Numbered from the stretch's first letter, positions 20,563 through 30,601 are shown. The stretch: DNA of 64,000 nt from Deltaproteobacteria bacterium (GCA_022340745.1 JAJDNL010000239.1:155-64154), one strand, 5' to 3'. Numbers and translations: made by a program. Notes: a model not told the origin generated them from the sequence alone.

Positions 20563-21582
20563 ATGAAAAGCGAATATCATGTAGCGGTAGCCGGTGCCAC
20601 GGGCGCGGTTGGCAATGAGATGATCCGGATTCTTGAAGAGCAGGAGTTCCCGGTAGCTTCCCTCAAACTCCTGGCCTCTTCCCGCTCCGTGGGAAAGACT
20701 CTAGATTTTCGCGGTGAAAGCCTGCACGTTGAAGAGCTCCATGAGGATTCTTTCGAGGGCGTAGATATTGCTCTGTTCTCGGCAGGTGCTGGGCCCAGCA
20801 GGGAGTTCGCGCCGGCAGCGGCCGAGTCTGGCTGTGTGGTAATCGACAATTCCAGCGGTTGGCGGATGGATCCGGAGGTGCCGTTGGTGGTACCTGAGGT
20901 CAACCCTCACGCTGTCGCCGACTATCGTAACAAAGGCATCATCGCCAACCCGAACTGTTCTACCATTCAGATGGTGGTCGTGCTTAAGCCTATCTATGAC
21001 GCCGTGGGAATTGAGCGAGTGGTAGTGTCAACCTACCAGGCGGTCTCGGGTACCGGAAAAAACGCCATGGATGAATTGATGGAACAGACAAGAAATCTCT
21101 TGACTTTCCAAGAAGTTACACCCGAGGTTTATCCTCACCGAATCGCCTTTAACTGCTTTCCTCATATCGGCAGCTTCCTGGAAAATGGCTATACCGAAGA
21201 AGAGATGAAAATGGTCCATGAGACCCATAAGATCATGGAGGATCCCACCATTAGGATAAGCGCTACCACCGTGCGCATTCCGGTCTTCTATGGCCACTCG
21301 GAAGCGGTAAATATTCAGACCGGACGCAAGCTATCTGCTAAAGAAGCACGGGTTCTGCTTTTTCAGGCTCCCGGGGTGAGGGTGATGGACAATCCGGATG
21401 AGCGAATCTATCCAATGCCATCGGAAGCAGCCGGCATCAACGACACCCTGGTGGGAAGGATTCGAGAAGACATCTCTAACGAAAATGGGCTCGACCTTTG
21501 GATCGTAGCCGATAATATCCGCAAGGGTGCCGCCCTCAACACCGTGCAGATCGCAGAACTCTTGGTGAGAGAATGCCTATAA
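20563..21582 (+). CDS. asd: aspartate-semialdehyde dehydrogenase
   Basis: 339 aa; VAVAGATGAVG NAD(P) N-terminus, active-site NCSTI Cys motif. Confidence 0.95.
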   Translation: MKSEYHVAVAGATGAVGNEMIRILEEQEFPVASLKLLASSRSVGKTLDFRGESLHVEELHEDSFEGVDIALFSAGAGPSREFAPAAAESGCVVIDNSSGWRMDPEVPLVVPEVNPHAVADYRNKGIIANPNCSTIQMVVVLKPIYDAVGIERVVVSTYQAVSGTGKNAMDELMEQTRNLLTFQEVTPEVYPHRIAFNCFPHIGSFLENGYTEEEMKMVHETHKIMEDPTIRISATTVRIPVFYGHSEAVNIQTGRKLSAKEARVLLFQAPGVRVMDNPDERIYPMPSEAAGINDTLVGRIREDISNENGLDLWIVADNIRKGAALNTVQIAELLVRECL

Positions 21583-21831
21583 TGTTGCCCTGCAATCCGG
21601 CGGGAATTGTTATCTCAGAGGACCATGAGGGCGGGGATAAGCCCCGCCCCTTCACATGCAGCAAAGCGCAGAGCGCCAGGCGCATAGCGTTTGGTAAAGA
21701 ACGAACAGTGGCCGGTAAAACGATTATGCACTGATTCTTTAAAACGTTCAGCGTTTACCACTTAGCCTTCACTCATTTTTTTCTCTATGCTCTATGCGCT
21801 ATGCGCTATGCGATATTAGGCATTTCCTTCC

Positions 21832-22641
21832 ATGAAATTTCTTCGAGACCTTACACTCGGCCACTATTATCCCACGAGCTCTCCCATCCACAAACTGGAT
21901 CCCCGGATAAAGCTCATCGGTTTGTGTTTCGCTGGTATTACGCTTTTTGCCCTCGATGAACTGTTGGGCCTCGCTCTTTTTTTTCTCGGCTCTCTTTGGC
22001 TGATCCACTTGGCCCACCTGCCTCTTACCACCGTCCTTCGAGGGTTGCGACCGTTCGCCTGGCTTTTCGTATTGACTGCCTGCCTACAATTGTTTTTCAC
22101 CTCAGGCCGACCGGTTTTCTCTTTTGACTTGGGGCCCCTGAATATTACCTGGGAAGGTCTCCATCAAGCAGTCCGCATTGGTGGTCAACTTTCTCTTTTC
22201 ATCCTGTTCTCCTCTATTCTAACCCTGACCACCTCACCTCTGGAATTGCTGCGGGCTTTGGAGAAGTTTGGCAGCCCCCTTGCCCGAGTCCGCATTCCAG
22301 TTGCAGAATTATGCCTGGCAATGCTCCTCTGCATCCGCTTTCTCCCTATCCTGGGACAGGAGGCAGAGAGAATTGTCGAATCCCAGATGGCACGCGGCAT
22401 CGATCTTAGCTCTGGAACCTGGCGTAACCGTTTAGAAAAATTTCATAGTATTTTTTTCCCTCTTCTCTATAATGTCCTGTGGCGCGCGGATGAACTGGCC
22501 ACTGCCATGGCCGTCCGTGGCTATGGGCAGATTACTGAAAAACAGACTTTAAAGTATATGCGTTTATCCAGGGTAGACTGCTTGAGTCTGGCAGTAATTG
22601 TGACCTGGTGTATCGCGCTCTTTTGGCTCTTCCGTGGTTGA
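21832..22641 (+). CDS. ecfT: energy-coupling factor transporter transmembrane component (CbiQ/EcfT family)
   Basis: 269 aa polytopic protein; YYPTSSPIHKLDPRIKL N-terminus typical of EcfT/CbiQ. Confidence 0.75.
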   Translation: MKFLRDLTLGHYYPTSSPIHKLDPRIKLIGLCFAGITLFALDELLGLALFFLGSLWLIHLAHLPLTTVLRGLRPFAWLFVLTACLQLFFTSGRPVFSFDLGPLNITWEGLHQAVRIGGQLSLFILFSSILTLTTSPLELLRALEKFGSPLARVRIPVAELCLAMLLCIRFLPILGQEAERIVESQMARGIDLSSGTWRNRLEKFHSIFFPLLYNVLWRADELATAMAVRGYGQITEKQTLKYMRLSRVDCLSLAVIVTWCIALFWLFRG

Positions 22642-23204
22642 GGGTTACATTGCGAATTATCGCCGGTGAGCATCGAGGTCTGCGGCTGAGGACCCCACAG
22701 GGTAAAAGCATGCGACCTACAGCCGAGCGAGTGCGGGAGGCCATCTTTAGTATCATCGATTTTGATTTGACTGGACTCTGGGTTCTGGATCTTTTTGCTG
22801 GCACAGGGGCCATGGGGCTCGAGGCACTCAGTCGCGGTGCCGGTTTTGTGGTCATGGTGGATCAACACCCTGGAGCCGTAAAGCTGATTAATCGCAATCT
22901 GGCCGCTTGCGGTAATCCCCAGCGCGCCAAACTCTTCAGACTGGACCTGCGCCGTGGGCTCAAGGGACTCATACGACGTGGTTACCGCTTCGATTTGGTG
23001 TTCCTGGATCCACCTTACGGGCGGGGATTGAGCCAGCGCTGCTTGGAGCAACTCGGCAACGGCACGCTCCTTAATGCGACTGCTACCGTGGTTAGTGAGC
23101 ATGCCACTGAGGAGAATCTCACTTCAACCTATGGCTGTCTCCAGCGCCAGAAAATCCGCCGCTATGGGAGTACGGCAGTTAGTTTTTACTTAAGGGGAGA
23201 ATAG
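22638..23204 (+). CDS. rsmD: 16S rRNA (guanine966-N2)-methyltransferase
   Basis: IIAGEHRG, DLFAGTGAMGLEALSRGA and VFLDPPY motifs. Probable TTG start overlapping the ecfT stop. Confidence 0.8.
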   Translation: MRVTLRIIAGEHRGLRLRTPQGKSMRPTAERVREAIFSIIDFDLTGLWVLDLFAGTGAMGLEALSRGAGFVVMVDQHPGAVKLINRNLAACGNPQRAKLFRLDLRRGLKGLIRRGYRFDLVFLDPPYGRGLSQRCLEQLGNGTLLNATATVVSEHATEENLTSTYGCLQRQKIRRYGSTAVSFYLRGE

Positions 23205-23210
23205 GAAACT

Positions 23211-23711
23211 ATGAAAGACAAAAGAGTCACCGTCTATGCCGGATCTTTTGACCCTATCACCAACGGTCATCTGGACTTACTGGACCGAGCCCTCAAGATC
23301 TTCGACAACATCATCATCGCAGTTGCTGAAAATCCAGCAAAACAGCCGCTTTTTACTCTTGAAGAACGTCTTGACCTCATCCGCGCAAGTCTAAAGAACC
23401 ATCAAGAGCCCGAGCGTATTAGGGTGGACAGCTTTAAGGGACTGCTCGTGGACTACGTTGAGCGCTGCGGCGCTATGGCCATTCTCAGAGGACTGCGGGC
23501 CGTAAGCGACTTTGAGTATGAGTTTCAAATGGCCCTTATGAATCGAAAGCTAAGCCGCAAGCCGGAAACCCTGTACCTGATGACAGGGGCTCGCTGGATC
23601 TACATCTCATCCAGAATAATCAAGGAGGTAGTGCAGGCGGGGGGTGGTGTGACCGGCCTGGTGCCAGAGGCGGTAGAGAAAAAGTTGCGTGAAAAATTCG
23701 AGATTGACTAG
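23211..23711 (+). CDS. coaD: phosphopantetheine adenylyltransferase
   Basis: 166 aa; YAGSFDPITNGHLDL nucleotidyltransferase motif. Its TAG stop at 23709-23711 is the first three bases of a MITE-A terminal repeat. Confidence 0.95.
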   Translation: MKDKRVTVYAGSFDPITNGHLDLLDRALKIFDNIIIAVAENPAKQPLFTLEERLDLIRASLKNHQEPERIRVDSFKGLLVDYVERCGAMAILRGLRAVSDFEYEFQMALMNRKLSRKPETLYLMTGARWIYISSRIIKEVVQAGGGVTGLVPEAVEKKLREKFEID

Positions 23712-23728
23712 CCCGGATGTTTCATAAA
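23709..23728. repeat. solo MITE-A terminus overlapping coaD stop codon
   Basis: TAGCCCGGATGTTTCATAAA; the TAG is the coaD stop. Followed by unrelated hairpin-repeat modules. Confidence 0.65.
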
Positions 23729-24003
23729 TTGCCTTTGTGAGACCCTCTAACCGGAGACCCGCCCCAAAGGGATTGAGACTGAGCGCAGCGAGCGCGAAGA
23801 AGAAGGGTGTGCCACAGAAGCGACGATCACAGAACGCGGATTAAAATTTTCCTGAAAAGCTCGTGAGAACCAGAGATCTAATGGCGCAATGTGAACTCTT
23901 ACATTCAATATCATCAATTGTAGTCAAAAATCCGAAACCGGGAACCCGCCCGGAGGGTGGGAGTCCGAAGGACAAATTCGCAATCCGCAATCCGAAATCA
24001 GGC

Positions 24004-25596
24004 TTGCTTATTATTCTGCTGGTCAGTATCGCCTTGAACCATTGCGGACTTTCTGGAATCAACAGTTGGGACAGCCAGGTGCGCGGTTCGGACCAGATGC
24101 CGGACAGTATCCGACACCTGGTGCAGAAGCTCGCCACAAAAAGTAAGAAAGTCGAAAACCACACCGGTCTGGCCATTACCTATCCTTATGATGGAGCTGT
24201 TTTTCCTCCTGAGATTGCAGCACCTGTTATCGTATGGGAAGACGCCAATGCGGCTTCGAACCACTGGCTTATCGTGGTCGAATTCAGCAGCCAACGCAGT
24301 CCGATTTACGCTATTGCTGACGAGCAGGGCTGGGCACCGGACCAATCGATCTGGGAGGCCGTCAAAGCCAACTCAGTCCGCGCTCCTGCGAAAATAACCG
24401 TTTACGGTTTTGACCTCCAACATTCCGACACCATCGTCGCCAAGAACAGCATCCGCATTTCCACTTCAAAAGATCGTGTTGATGCCTCAATATTTTACCG
24501 ACAGGTCCAGCTCCCATTTAAAGTAGGGAAGAAGAATTTTAAAAAGCTAAAGTGGCGCCTTGGTGATATCTCTTCATATGAAAAACCGCCAGTTGTCATG
24601 GAAAATCTTCCTGTTTGTGCAAGCTGTCATCTTTTTTCAAAAGACGGCACTTTAATCAGCATGGAGATGAACTACAAGGAGGACAGTGGCGCTCATTTTA
24701 TCACGTCGGTCAGGGAGAATATTGAGTTGTCTGCAGAGGATTTCATGAGCTGGAATGATTTCCCCAGGCCGGAACTTCTGCCAAAAACCAGGGGCCTGTT
24801 TGCCAAGATATCGCCCAGCGGAAAATACATGGTGAGTACGGTACATGAGATATCCTATGCCGCCCTGACCAATAATTTTGCTTTCTGCCAGCTCTTCTTC
24901 CCAACCTACGGCGTGCTGGCCTGGTATTCGGTTGACAACAGGGAGTTTCATCTCCTTGCCGGAGCTGATGATTATGACTTTGTCCAGACTGACCCCAGCT
25001 GGAGCTGGGATGAAAAGTATATTGTCTTTGCCAGGTCAACCACCAAAAACGACTACCATGAAGACATCACAAACATCCACACCCATATCGAGGATGCCGA
25101 CATTCAGGAACTGAATGAAAAATTTCCCATCCAGTTTAATCTTTACAGGATGCCGTTCAATCAAGGAAAAGGCGGGATACCAGAGCCCTTAAAAGGTGCA
25201 AGTCACAACGGCATGAGCAACTATTTTCCAAGATATTCGCCGGACGGCAAGTGGATTGTCTTTACCCGCAGCAGGACCGGCATCATGCTCCAACCGGATA
25301 GCGAACTCTTTATTATACCGGCAGCCGGAGGCGAGGCTCGAAGGATGCGTTGCAACCGTGAGCTTTTCAATTCCTGGCACAGCTTTTCGCCCAATGGGAA
25401 ATGGATGCTTTTCAGTTCCAAGGCCAATACTCCTTTTACCGAAATCTTTCTGACCCACATTGATGCCAACGGGGTTGACAGTCCCCCGGTATGTTTATCC
25501 CGTTTCAGCGATGACCACTATGCCGCCAATGTGCCGGAGTTTGTCAATATTGGGCCCGGGGCGATCAAGAAGATAAAGATTTCGGCTCAGCGCTGA
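24004..25596 (+). CDS. exported CXXCH-motif protein with C-terminal TolB-like (PD40) beta-propeller
   Basis: Single C-A-S-C-H haem-c binding motif mid-protein (PVCASCHLF). C-terminal repeats YFPRYSPDGKWIVF / SFSPNGKWMLFSS are PD40/TolB-like. Hydrophobic N-terminus. Start uncertain: the ORF opens at 23863 but its first 140 nt are occupied by a dispersed hairpin repeat, so 24004 (TTG) is my best guess. Confidence 0.5.
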   Translation: MLIILLVSIALNHCGLSGINSWDSQVRGSDQMPDSIRHLVQKLATKSKKVENHTGLAITYPYDGAVFPPEIAAPVIVWEDANAASNHWLIVVEFSSQRSPIYAIADEQGWAPDQSIWEAVKANSVRAPAKITVYGFDLQHSDTIVAKNSIRISTSKDRVDASIFYRQVQLPFKVGKKNFKKLKWRLGDISSYEKPPVVMENLPVCASCHLFSKDGTLISMEMNYKEDSGAHFITSVRENIELSAEDFMSWNDFPRPELLPKTRGLFAKISPSGKYMVSTVHEISYAALTNNFAFCQLFFPTYGVLAWYSVDNREFHLLAGADDYDFVQTDPSWSWDEKYIVFARSTTKNDYHEDITNIHTHIEDADIQELNEKFPIQFNLYRMPFNQGKGGIPEPLKGASHNGMSNYFPRYSPDGKWIVFTRSRTGIMLQPDSELFIIPAAGGEARRMRCNRELFNSWHSFSPNGKWMLFSSKANTPFTEIFLTHIDANGVDSPPVCLSRFSDDHYAANVPEFVNIGPGAIKKIKISAQR

Positions 25597-25610
25597 GCGC
25601 AAAGCGTGAA

Positions 25611-25697
25611 GTAAACAGTAAACGGTGAACGGTAAACCGATCATGCGCTGGCTCCGCGACTGTTTACCGTTTACCATTTACCGTTCTTTCTTTTTTT
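25611..25697 (+). terminator. rho-independent terminator-like hairpin built from GTAAAC(A/G/C) heptamers
   Basis: GTAAACAGTAAACGGTGAACGGTAAACC ... GTTTACCGTTTACCATTTACCGTT inverted arms followed by a TTCTTTCTTTTTTT tract; 15 nt after the stop of the CXXCH/PD40 gene. Confidence 0.55.
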
Positions 25698-25786
25698 CGC
25701 TATGCGCCATGCGCTATGCTCTATGCGATCTGACCTGGCCCTGAGGACCAGGTCTGCTACTTTGAATCAAAGACGGGAGTTAATCT

Positions 25787-28207
25787 ATGAAAAGAGCTAG
25801 TGTCTATTTTATCCTGACACTGATCATTGTAGCCGGATGCAGTGCCTACAGGACTGCACAGTTTAAAAGGAGATATGGGCCGGTTCGTACTGTGGATCGG
25901 ACTGTCAGTTCTCATAAATCAGGTGAGATCTCTTTTTATGATGAGGTGCAGCCCATCCTGGAGCGTCGCTGTGATGTGTGCCACGGCTGTTATGATGCGC
26001 CCTGCCAGCTGAAGCTCACCTGTTATGAAGGGCTCGAGCGGGGCGGTACCACAAAGCTGGTTTACGATAGTGCCAGATTGAGACCGGATAAGCCGACCCG
26101 GCTATTTGTTGATGCAAATTCAGTGGAAGAATGGCGCCAGATGGGTTTCCACCCTGTTCTCAACGAGAGGGATCAGACCCCGCCGGCAAATCTCGAAAAC
26201 TCGGTGGTTAATCTGATGCTGCAGCTGAAAAAAGAGAATCCCCTGCCGGAGACGGAACTTCTGCCGGCCAGTTTTGATATCAGTCTTGACAAAAAACAGA
26301 ACTGTACAACTGCGGAAGATTTCAGTGAATACAAGAAGAAATATCCTCTCTGGGGAATGCCGTATGCGCTGCCCGGACTGACCGACAAGGAGCATAAGAC
26401 AATCGTAGAATGGTTGAGACAGGGGGGATTGATTACTCCGCGACCACCCATGTCGGCCAATGCCAAAAAAATTATAAACCAGTGGGAGGAATTCTTTAAC
26501 GGAACGTCGCTGAAGCAGCAGCTTGTATCACGCTATATTTATGAACATCTGTTTATCGCCCATATCCATTTTGACGACCTGCCGGACCGGGAGTTTTACC
26601 GGCTGGTTCGATCCAAAACACCTCCAGGAGAACCGGTGGTTGAGATCAATACAGCCAGACCCTATGACGATCCCGGGGTTGAGAAATTCTACTATCGGTT
26701 TCGTCCAATAGAAACAACCATTGTGGCAAAAAATCACACTGTCTATCGGATGAATAGACAAAAAATGGAACTCTACCGGGAGCTCTTCCTGCAGGACGAT
26801 TATGAGGTAAACAAGCTGCCGTCCTATGATCTCAAAACAGCCTCCAATCCGTTTAAGGCTTTTGCGGATCTGCCCGCTATTTCCCGTTACAAGTTCTTGC
26901 TGGATGATGCCCAGTTCTTCGTCATGGGCTTTATCAAGGGGCCTGTTTGCCGTGGCCAGATTGCCCTCAACGTTATTAACGACCACTTCTTTGTTGCCTT
27001 TTTTGATCCGGAAAAAGACATCATCAGCAATGATACCGCCTTTCTTGCCAGTGTGAGTGATTATCTGGACTTACCTACCAGCGGGGAAAATAAACTAAAT
27101 ATCACGATCCTTTGGACTGACTATCAGGATAAACAAAAAAAATATCTGGCTGCCAAGGGAGAGTATCTTGCCAAACTGGATCCGGCCAAAACGGGGAATG
27201 ATATAACTCATATTTGGAACGGTGACGGCCACAATAGAAATGCGTTGTTAACGATTTTCAGACATTTTGACAGTGCCAGCGTGGTAAAGGGTTTTGTGGG
27301 AGACACACCCAAAACCGGCTGGGTGATTGACTATCCGCTTTTTGAAAGGATCCACTATCTGCTGGTTGCCGGTTTCAACGTGTTTGGCAATGTGGGACAT
27401 CAACTAGAAACTCGGCTTTATATGGACTTTCTCCGCATGGAGGGAGAGAATAATTTCTTGAGCTTCCTGCCAAAGGATAAGCGCGTCGAGGAACGGGCAG
27501 ATTGGTATAAGGGCGCCAGGGCCGAACATAAGATTCACCTGGAGGACCCTCTTCGGGGGCTTCAATGGGACACCGGAATTGTCTACACAACAAACGATCC
27601 CAAAAAGGAATTTTTTGAGCAGATCATTGAGCATGCAGGTCCGGCTGCCGGTCCGAAGGACTACTTGAACCGCTGCCCTGAGAAAAACTGTGTTGATAAG
27701 AATACAGGGCCACTTGAACAAAGAGCGGACTTGGCCCTGCAAAAGGTGACCGGGAAGCGCGGCCCTGAGATACAGGTGGTCCAGGATGTGGCCTTTATTC
27801 ATGTGGTTACCGGTAACAAGGATAATGACCTCGCCTATACCGTTATCCGCAACAAGGCTTTGAGCAACAATTCATTCATGTTTGGTGAGGAGAGAAGGCG
27901 CATTGTTGAAGACGACACCCTTACCATAGTCAAGGGTTATGTGGGCAACTATCCAAACTCATTCGTCCGAGTAAACCTAGACGAAATAGAGGAGTTTGTT
28001 GAAAGTTTTCTCAAAATCAGGGATCAACTCAGCTATTACAATGTCGCCAGAAAGTATGCCATTAGAAGAACCAGTCCCAATTTCTGGGAGGAGGCAGACT
28101 GGCACTACCAGAAATATCTCAAGGACGAACCGGTGGAAGCAGGGCTATTTGATATGTATCGTTTCAATCGGATTGCAGAGAAATCTGATGCGGAGTTTAC
28201 ATGGTAA
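25787..28207 (+). CDS. cti: fatty acid cis/trans isomerase (CTI family), periplasmic haem-c lipoprotein
   Basis: 806 aa. Lipoprotein signal MKRASVYFILTLIIVAGC. N-terminal CDVCHGCYDAPCQLKL (CXXCH) and overall size match Pseudomonas/Vibrio Cti as I recall it. No search was run. Confidence 0.6.
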   Translation: MKRASVYFILTLIIVAGCSAYRTAQFKRRYGPVRTVDRTVSSHKSGEISFYDEVQPILERRCDVCHGCYDAPCQLKLTCYEGLERGGTTKLVYDSARLRPDKPTRLFVDANSVEEWRQMGFHPVLNERDQTPPANLENSVVNLMLQLKKENPLPETELLPASFDISLDKKQNCTTAEDFSEYKKKYPLWGMPYALPGLTDKEHKTIVEWLRQGGLITPRPPMSANAKKIINQWEEFFNGTSLKQQLVSRYIYEHLFIAHIHFDDLPDREFYRLVRSKTPPGEPVVEINTARPYDDPGVEKFYYRFRPIETTIVAKNHTVYRMNRQKMELYRELFLQDDYEVNKLPSYDLKTASNPFKAFADLPAISRYKFLLDDAQFFVMGFIKGPVCRGQIALNVINDHFFVAFFDPEKDIISNDTAFLASVSDYLDLPTSGENKLNITILWTDYQDKQKKYLAAKGEYLAKLDPAKTGNDITHIWNGDGHNRNALLTIFRHFDSASVVKGFVGDTPKTGWVIDYPLFERIHYLLVAGFNVFGNVGHQLETRLYMDFLRMEGENNFLSFLPKDKRVEERADWYKGARAEHKIHLEDPLRGLQWDTGIVYTTNDPKKEFFEQIIEHAGPAAGPKDYLNRCPEKNCVDKNTGPLEQRADLALQKVTGKRGPEIQVVQDVAFIHVVTGNKDNDLAYTVIRNKALSNNSFMFGEERRRIVEDDTLTIVKGYVGNYPNSFVRVNLDEIEEFVESFLKIRDQLSYYNVARKYAIRRTSPNFWEEADWHYQKYLKDEPVEAGLFDMYRFNRIAEKSDAEFTW

Positions 28208-28322
28208 TTCGGGGATCGCTAGGAAGTAATCAGTGCGCCGTGAGCGCTCATAATACAACAGACCAGCATAAAGAGATGGAGAAACTACATTTACCTGGTG
28301 GCAAGCTTATTGTGGGGAAGTG

Positions 28323-28772
28323 CTACTGCCGTCTCTTTTTGCGGACAAAATAGTCAGCCAGGATCTGTGCATGATCGAAAGCCAGTGGTGAAGGCAGATC
28401 TTTTTCAGTAAACACCCCCACCTCTCTGGCATCGTCTCTGGCCTGCGGTTCACCTCCGGCTCGGGCCAAAAAAACTACAGTAATAGTGTGGTGTCTCGGA
28501 TCGCGGTCGGGCGCAGAGTAAGCACCGAGTTGCCCGAGTAACTCCACATCCAAAGAGGTCTCTTCTCGGGCTTCCCGCCGGGCCGCCTCCTCAAGAGATT
28601 CGCCGTAATCCACAAACCCGCCCGGTATGGCCCAGCCATGGGGCTCATTGGCCCGCTGAATCAGGATAATCCCCTTGTCTCCCAGCTCAATGATGATGTC
28701 CACTGTGGGCAAGGGATTTCTATATCTGGATATCAGCTCACCACAGTGCGGACAGGCAAGACCCTTCATCAT
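28323..28772 (-). CDS. NUDIX hydrolase with N-terminal zinc ribbon
   Basis: Nudix box [24 protein letters not shown]; N-terminal CPHCG Zn-ribbon. Confidence 0.8.
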   Translation of the reverse strand: MMKGLACPHCGELISRYRNPLPTVDIIIELGDKGIILIQRANEPHGWAIPGGFVDYGESLEEAARREAREETSLDVELLGQLGAYSAPDRDPRHHTITVVFLARAGGEPQARDDAREVGVFTEKDLPSPLAFDHAQILADYFVRKKRRQ

Positions 28773-28937
28773 ATCCGTCTCCTTCTAAGGGTTGTGGCTC
28801 ACTCCGTTCGTCGCATAGCGCCAAGCGCAGAGCGTTTTGTTATCATCTAATCATCCGCTTCGCGCTATGATCTATGCCCTTTGCGCCTTTTTGCAACAGA
28901 CAACGGACAACTGACCACTGACCCTGCCGGCAGGCAG

Positions 28938-29891
28938 TTAGTGCTGGATCTCGAACAATCGGCTGATGGAATCTTCGTTGTGAATACTCTTGATGGCCTC
29001 GGCGAACAGGAGCGCCGATGAGAGTACTTTTAGGTTGGGGATATCGGCTCTGTCAGGTTTCCTAGGTAGGGTATCAGTGACCACTACCGATCCGAAAGGA
29101 CTCTGGGTCAATCTTTCAGCAGCCGGACCGGACAAAATTGCATGGGTGCAACAGGCATGCACCGCTTTGGCACCGTTTTCCAGGAGGGTCCGGGCCGCCT
29201 CTACAAGGGTTCCACCGGTATCTACCATATCATCGAGGATGATCGCTATTTTCTCTTCCACCTCACCAATCAGGTGCATGGCCTCCGCCTGGTTGGCATC
29301 TGCTCTTCTCTTGTCGATGAGGGCCAGACTTGCATTCAGTCGGCTGGCATAGGCGCGAGCCCGAGGAACACCTCCGGCGTCGGGGGCTACTATTACGAGT
29401 TCATTTCTGAACTGTTCCCGTATATGGGGCAAGATAATCGGAGAGGCATAGAGATTGTCCACAGGGATGTTGAAAAAACCTTGGATCTGGCCGGCATGTA
29501 AATCCATGGTGAGCACCCGGTTCGTTCCCACTTTGGTAAGAAGGTCGGCCACCAAACGTGCGGTAATGGGTACCCGAGGCTTGCTCTTCCGATCCTGGCG
29601 GGCATAACCGTAATATGGCATCACCGCTGTAATTCGCTTTGCTGATGCACGTTTAAGAGCATCAATTATTGCCAGCAGTTCCATGAGATGATCATTTACA
29701 GGATGGGCGAGGGATTGAATCACGAATGCGTCTGTGCCCCGCACATTTTCTCCAACCTCCACGAGAGTCTCGCCATCGTTGAATGTGTCTATCCTGGCAC
29801 GACAGAGGGATATTCCAAGATGATCGCAGATCTTTTCTGCCAGACCCCGGTTGCTATTACCGCCGATAACTCTCAAGCCCACCGTTGCCAT
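28938..29891 (-). CDS. prs: ribose-phosphate pyrophosphokinase
   Basis: PRPP synthetase motifs (DLHAGQIQGFF, VAPDAGGVPRAR, PRPP-binding DDMVDTGGT). Confidence 0.95.
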   Translation of the reverse strand: MATVGLRVIGGNSNRGLAEKICDHLGISLCRARIDTFNDGETLVEVGENVRGTDAFVIQSLAHPVNDHLMELLAIIDALKRASAKRITAVMPYYGYARQDRKSKPRVPITARLVADLLTKVGTNRVLTMDLHAGQIQGFFNIPVDNLYASPIILPHIREQFRNELVIVAPDAGGVPRARAYASRLNASLALIDKRRADANQAEAMHLIGEVEEKIAIILDDMVDTGGTLVEAARTLLENGAKAVHACCTHAILSGPAAERLTQSPFGSVVVTDTLPRKPDRADIPNLKVLSSALLFAEAIKSIHNEDSISRLFEIQH

Positions 29892-30129
29892 AACCAACTC
29901 TCCTCGTGCTTCTCTTTGTCATTGGAAAATGAGTCTATGATTACTTTCTTATTTAGCTCCAGTCCAGGGTAATAGATTCTGAAGAGAACCTATGAATCAA
30001 GGGAAGAGCGGTAGGATTTCGGCCTGCTACCATAGTACACACTGGCGTAAATCTCAAGCACCAAATCTGAGGGTGTCAGGTGTCAGGGAAGCAAGAAAGC
30101 CAACCGCTGAACACTTAAACCTCAATTAT

Positions 30130-30504
30130 TTAATGGCTACCACAATGGTCACAGCAGTGAACTGTTGCTGCCAAGGCCTGGACTACCTCTTTGGGTTCAG
30201 CCTTCACAATTTTGACGACCCTCAGCTCAAGGACCAAACTCTTCTCCACCTTGGGCAAATCATCTTGGGGCAACAACTGAGATGCCACAAATGCTGCTGC
30301 CTCCGACGCTAGCACCAGTTCCAGGCATTCTCCTTCTCTAAGGCTTTCCAGTCTTTGATCCACCCCTTCGATCCAAGACTCCACACCATAAAGAAAGCGG
30401 TGCTGCCCTGAGGCTTTCATTGCTTGGTTCTCTTGTTTTTCATCATATAGCCGAAATTCAAGCGTCACATAGTGTAAGGGCGTCACCTCTATCGCCATTG
30501 CCAA
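30130..30504 (-). CDS. FKBP-type peptidyl-prolyl isomerase-like protein with Cys/His-rich C-terminal tail
   Basis: 124 aa. Spacing pattern V.LEFRL.D...(30)...F.YG...I.G.D..L..L..GE.LEL.L....A. resembles the FKBP fold; C-terminal CCDHCGSH resembles SlyD-type metal-binding tails. Weak call. Confidence 0.4.
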   Translation of the reverse strand: MAMAIEVTPLHYVTLEFRLYDEKQENQAMKASGQHRFLYGVESWIEGVDQRLESLREGECLELVLASEAAAFVASQLLPQDDLPKVEKSLVLELRVVKIVKAEPKEVVQALAATVHCCDHCGSH

Positions 30505-30601
30505 GATCTCCTATCCCCGTAACGTTTTATAAAAATAACTAAGTTATTATCTTAACGTTTTTTCCTCGCTCTTTCCATCGCTAATGTTCTCCTTGAACAA
30601 T

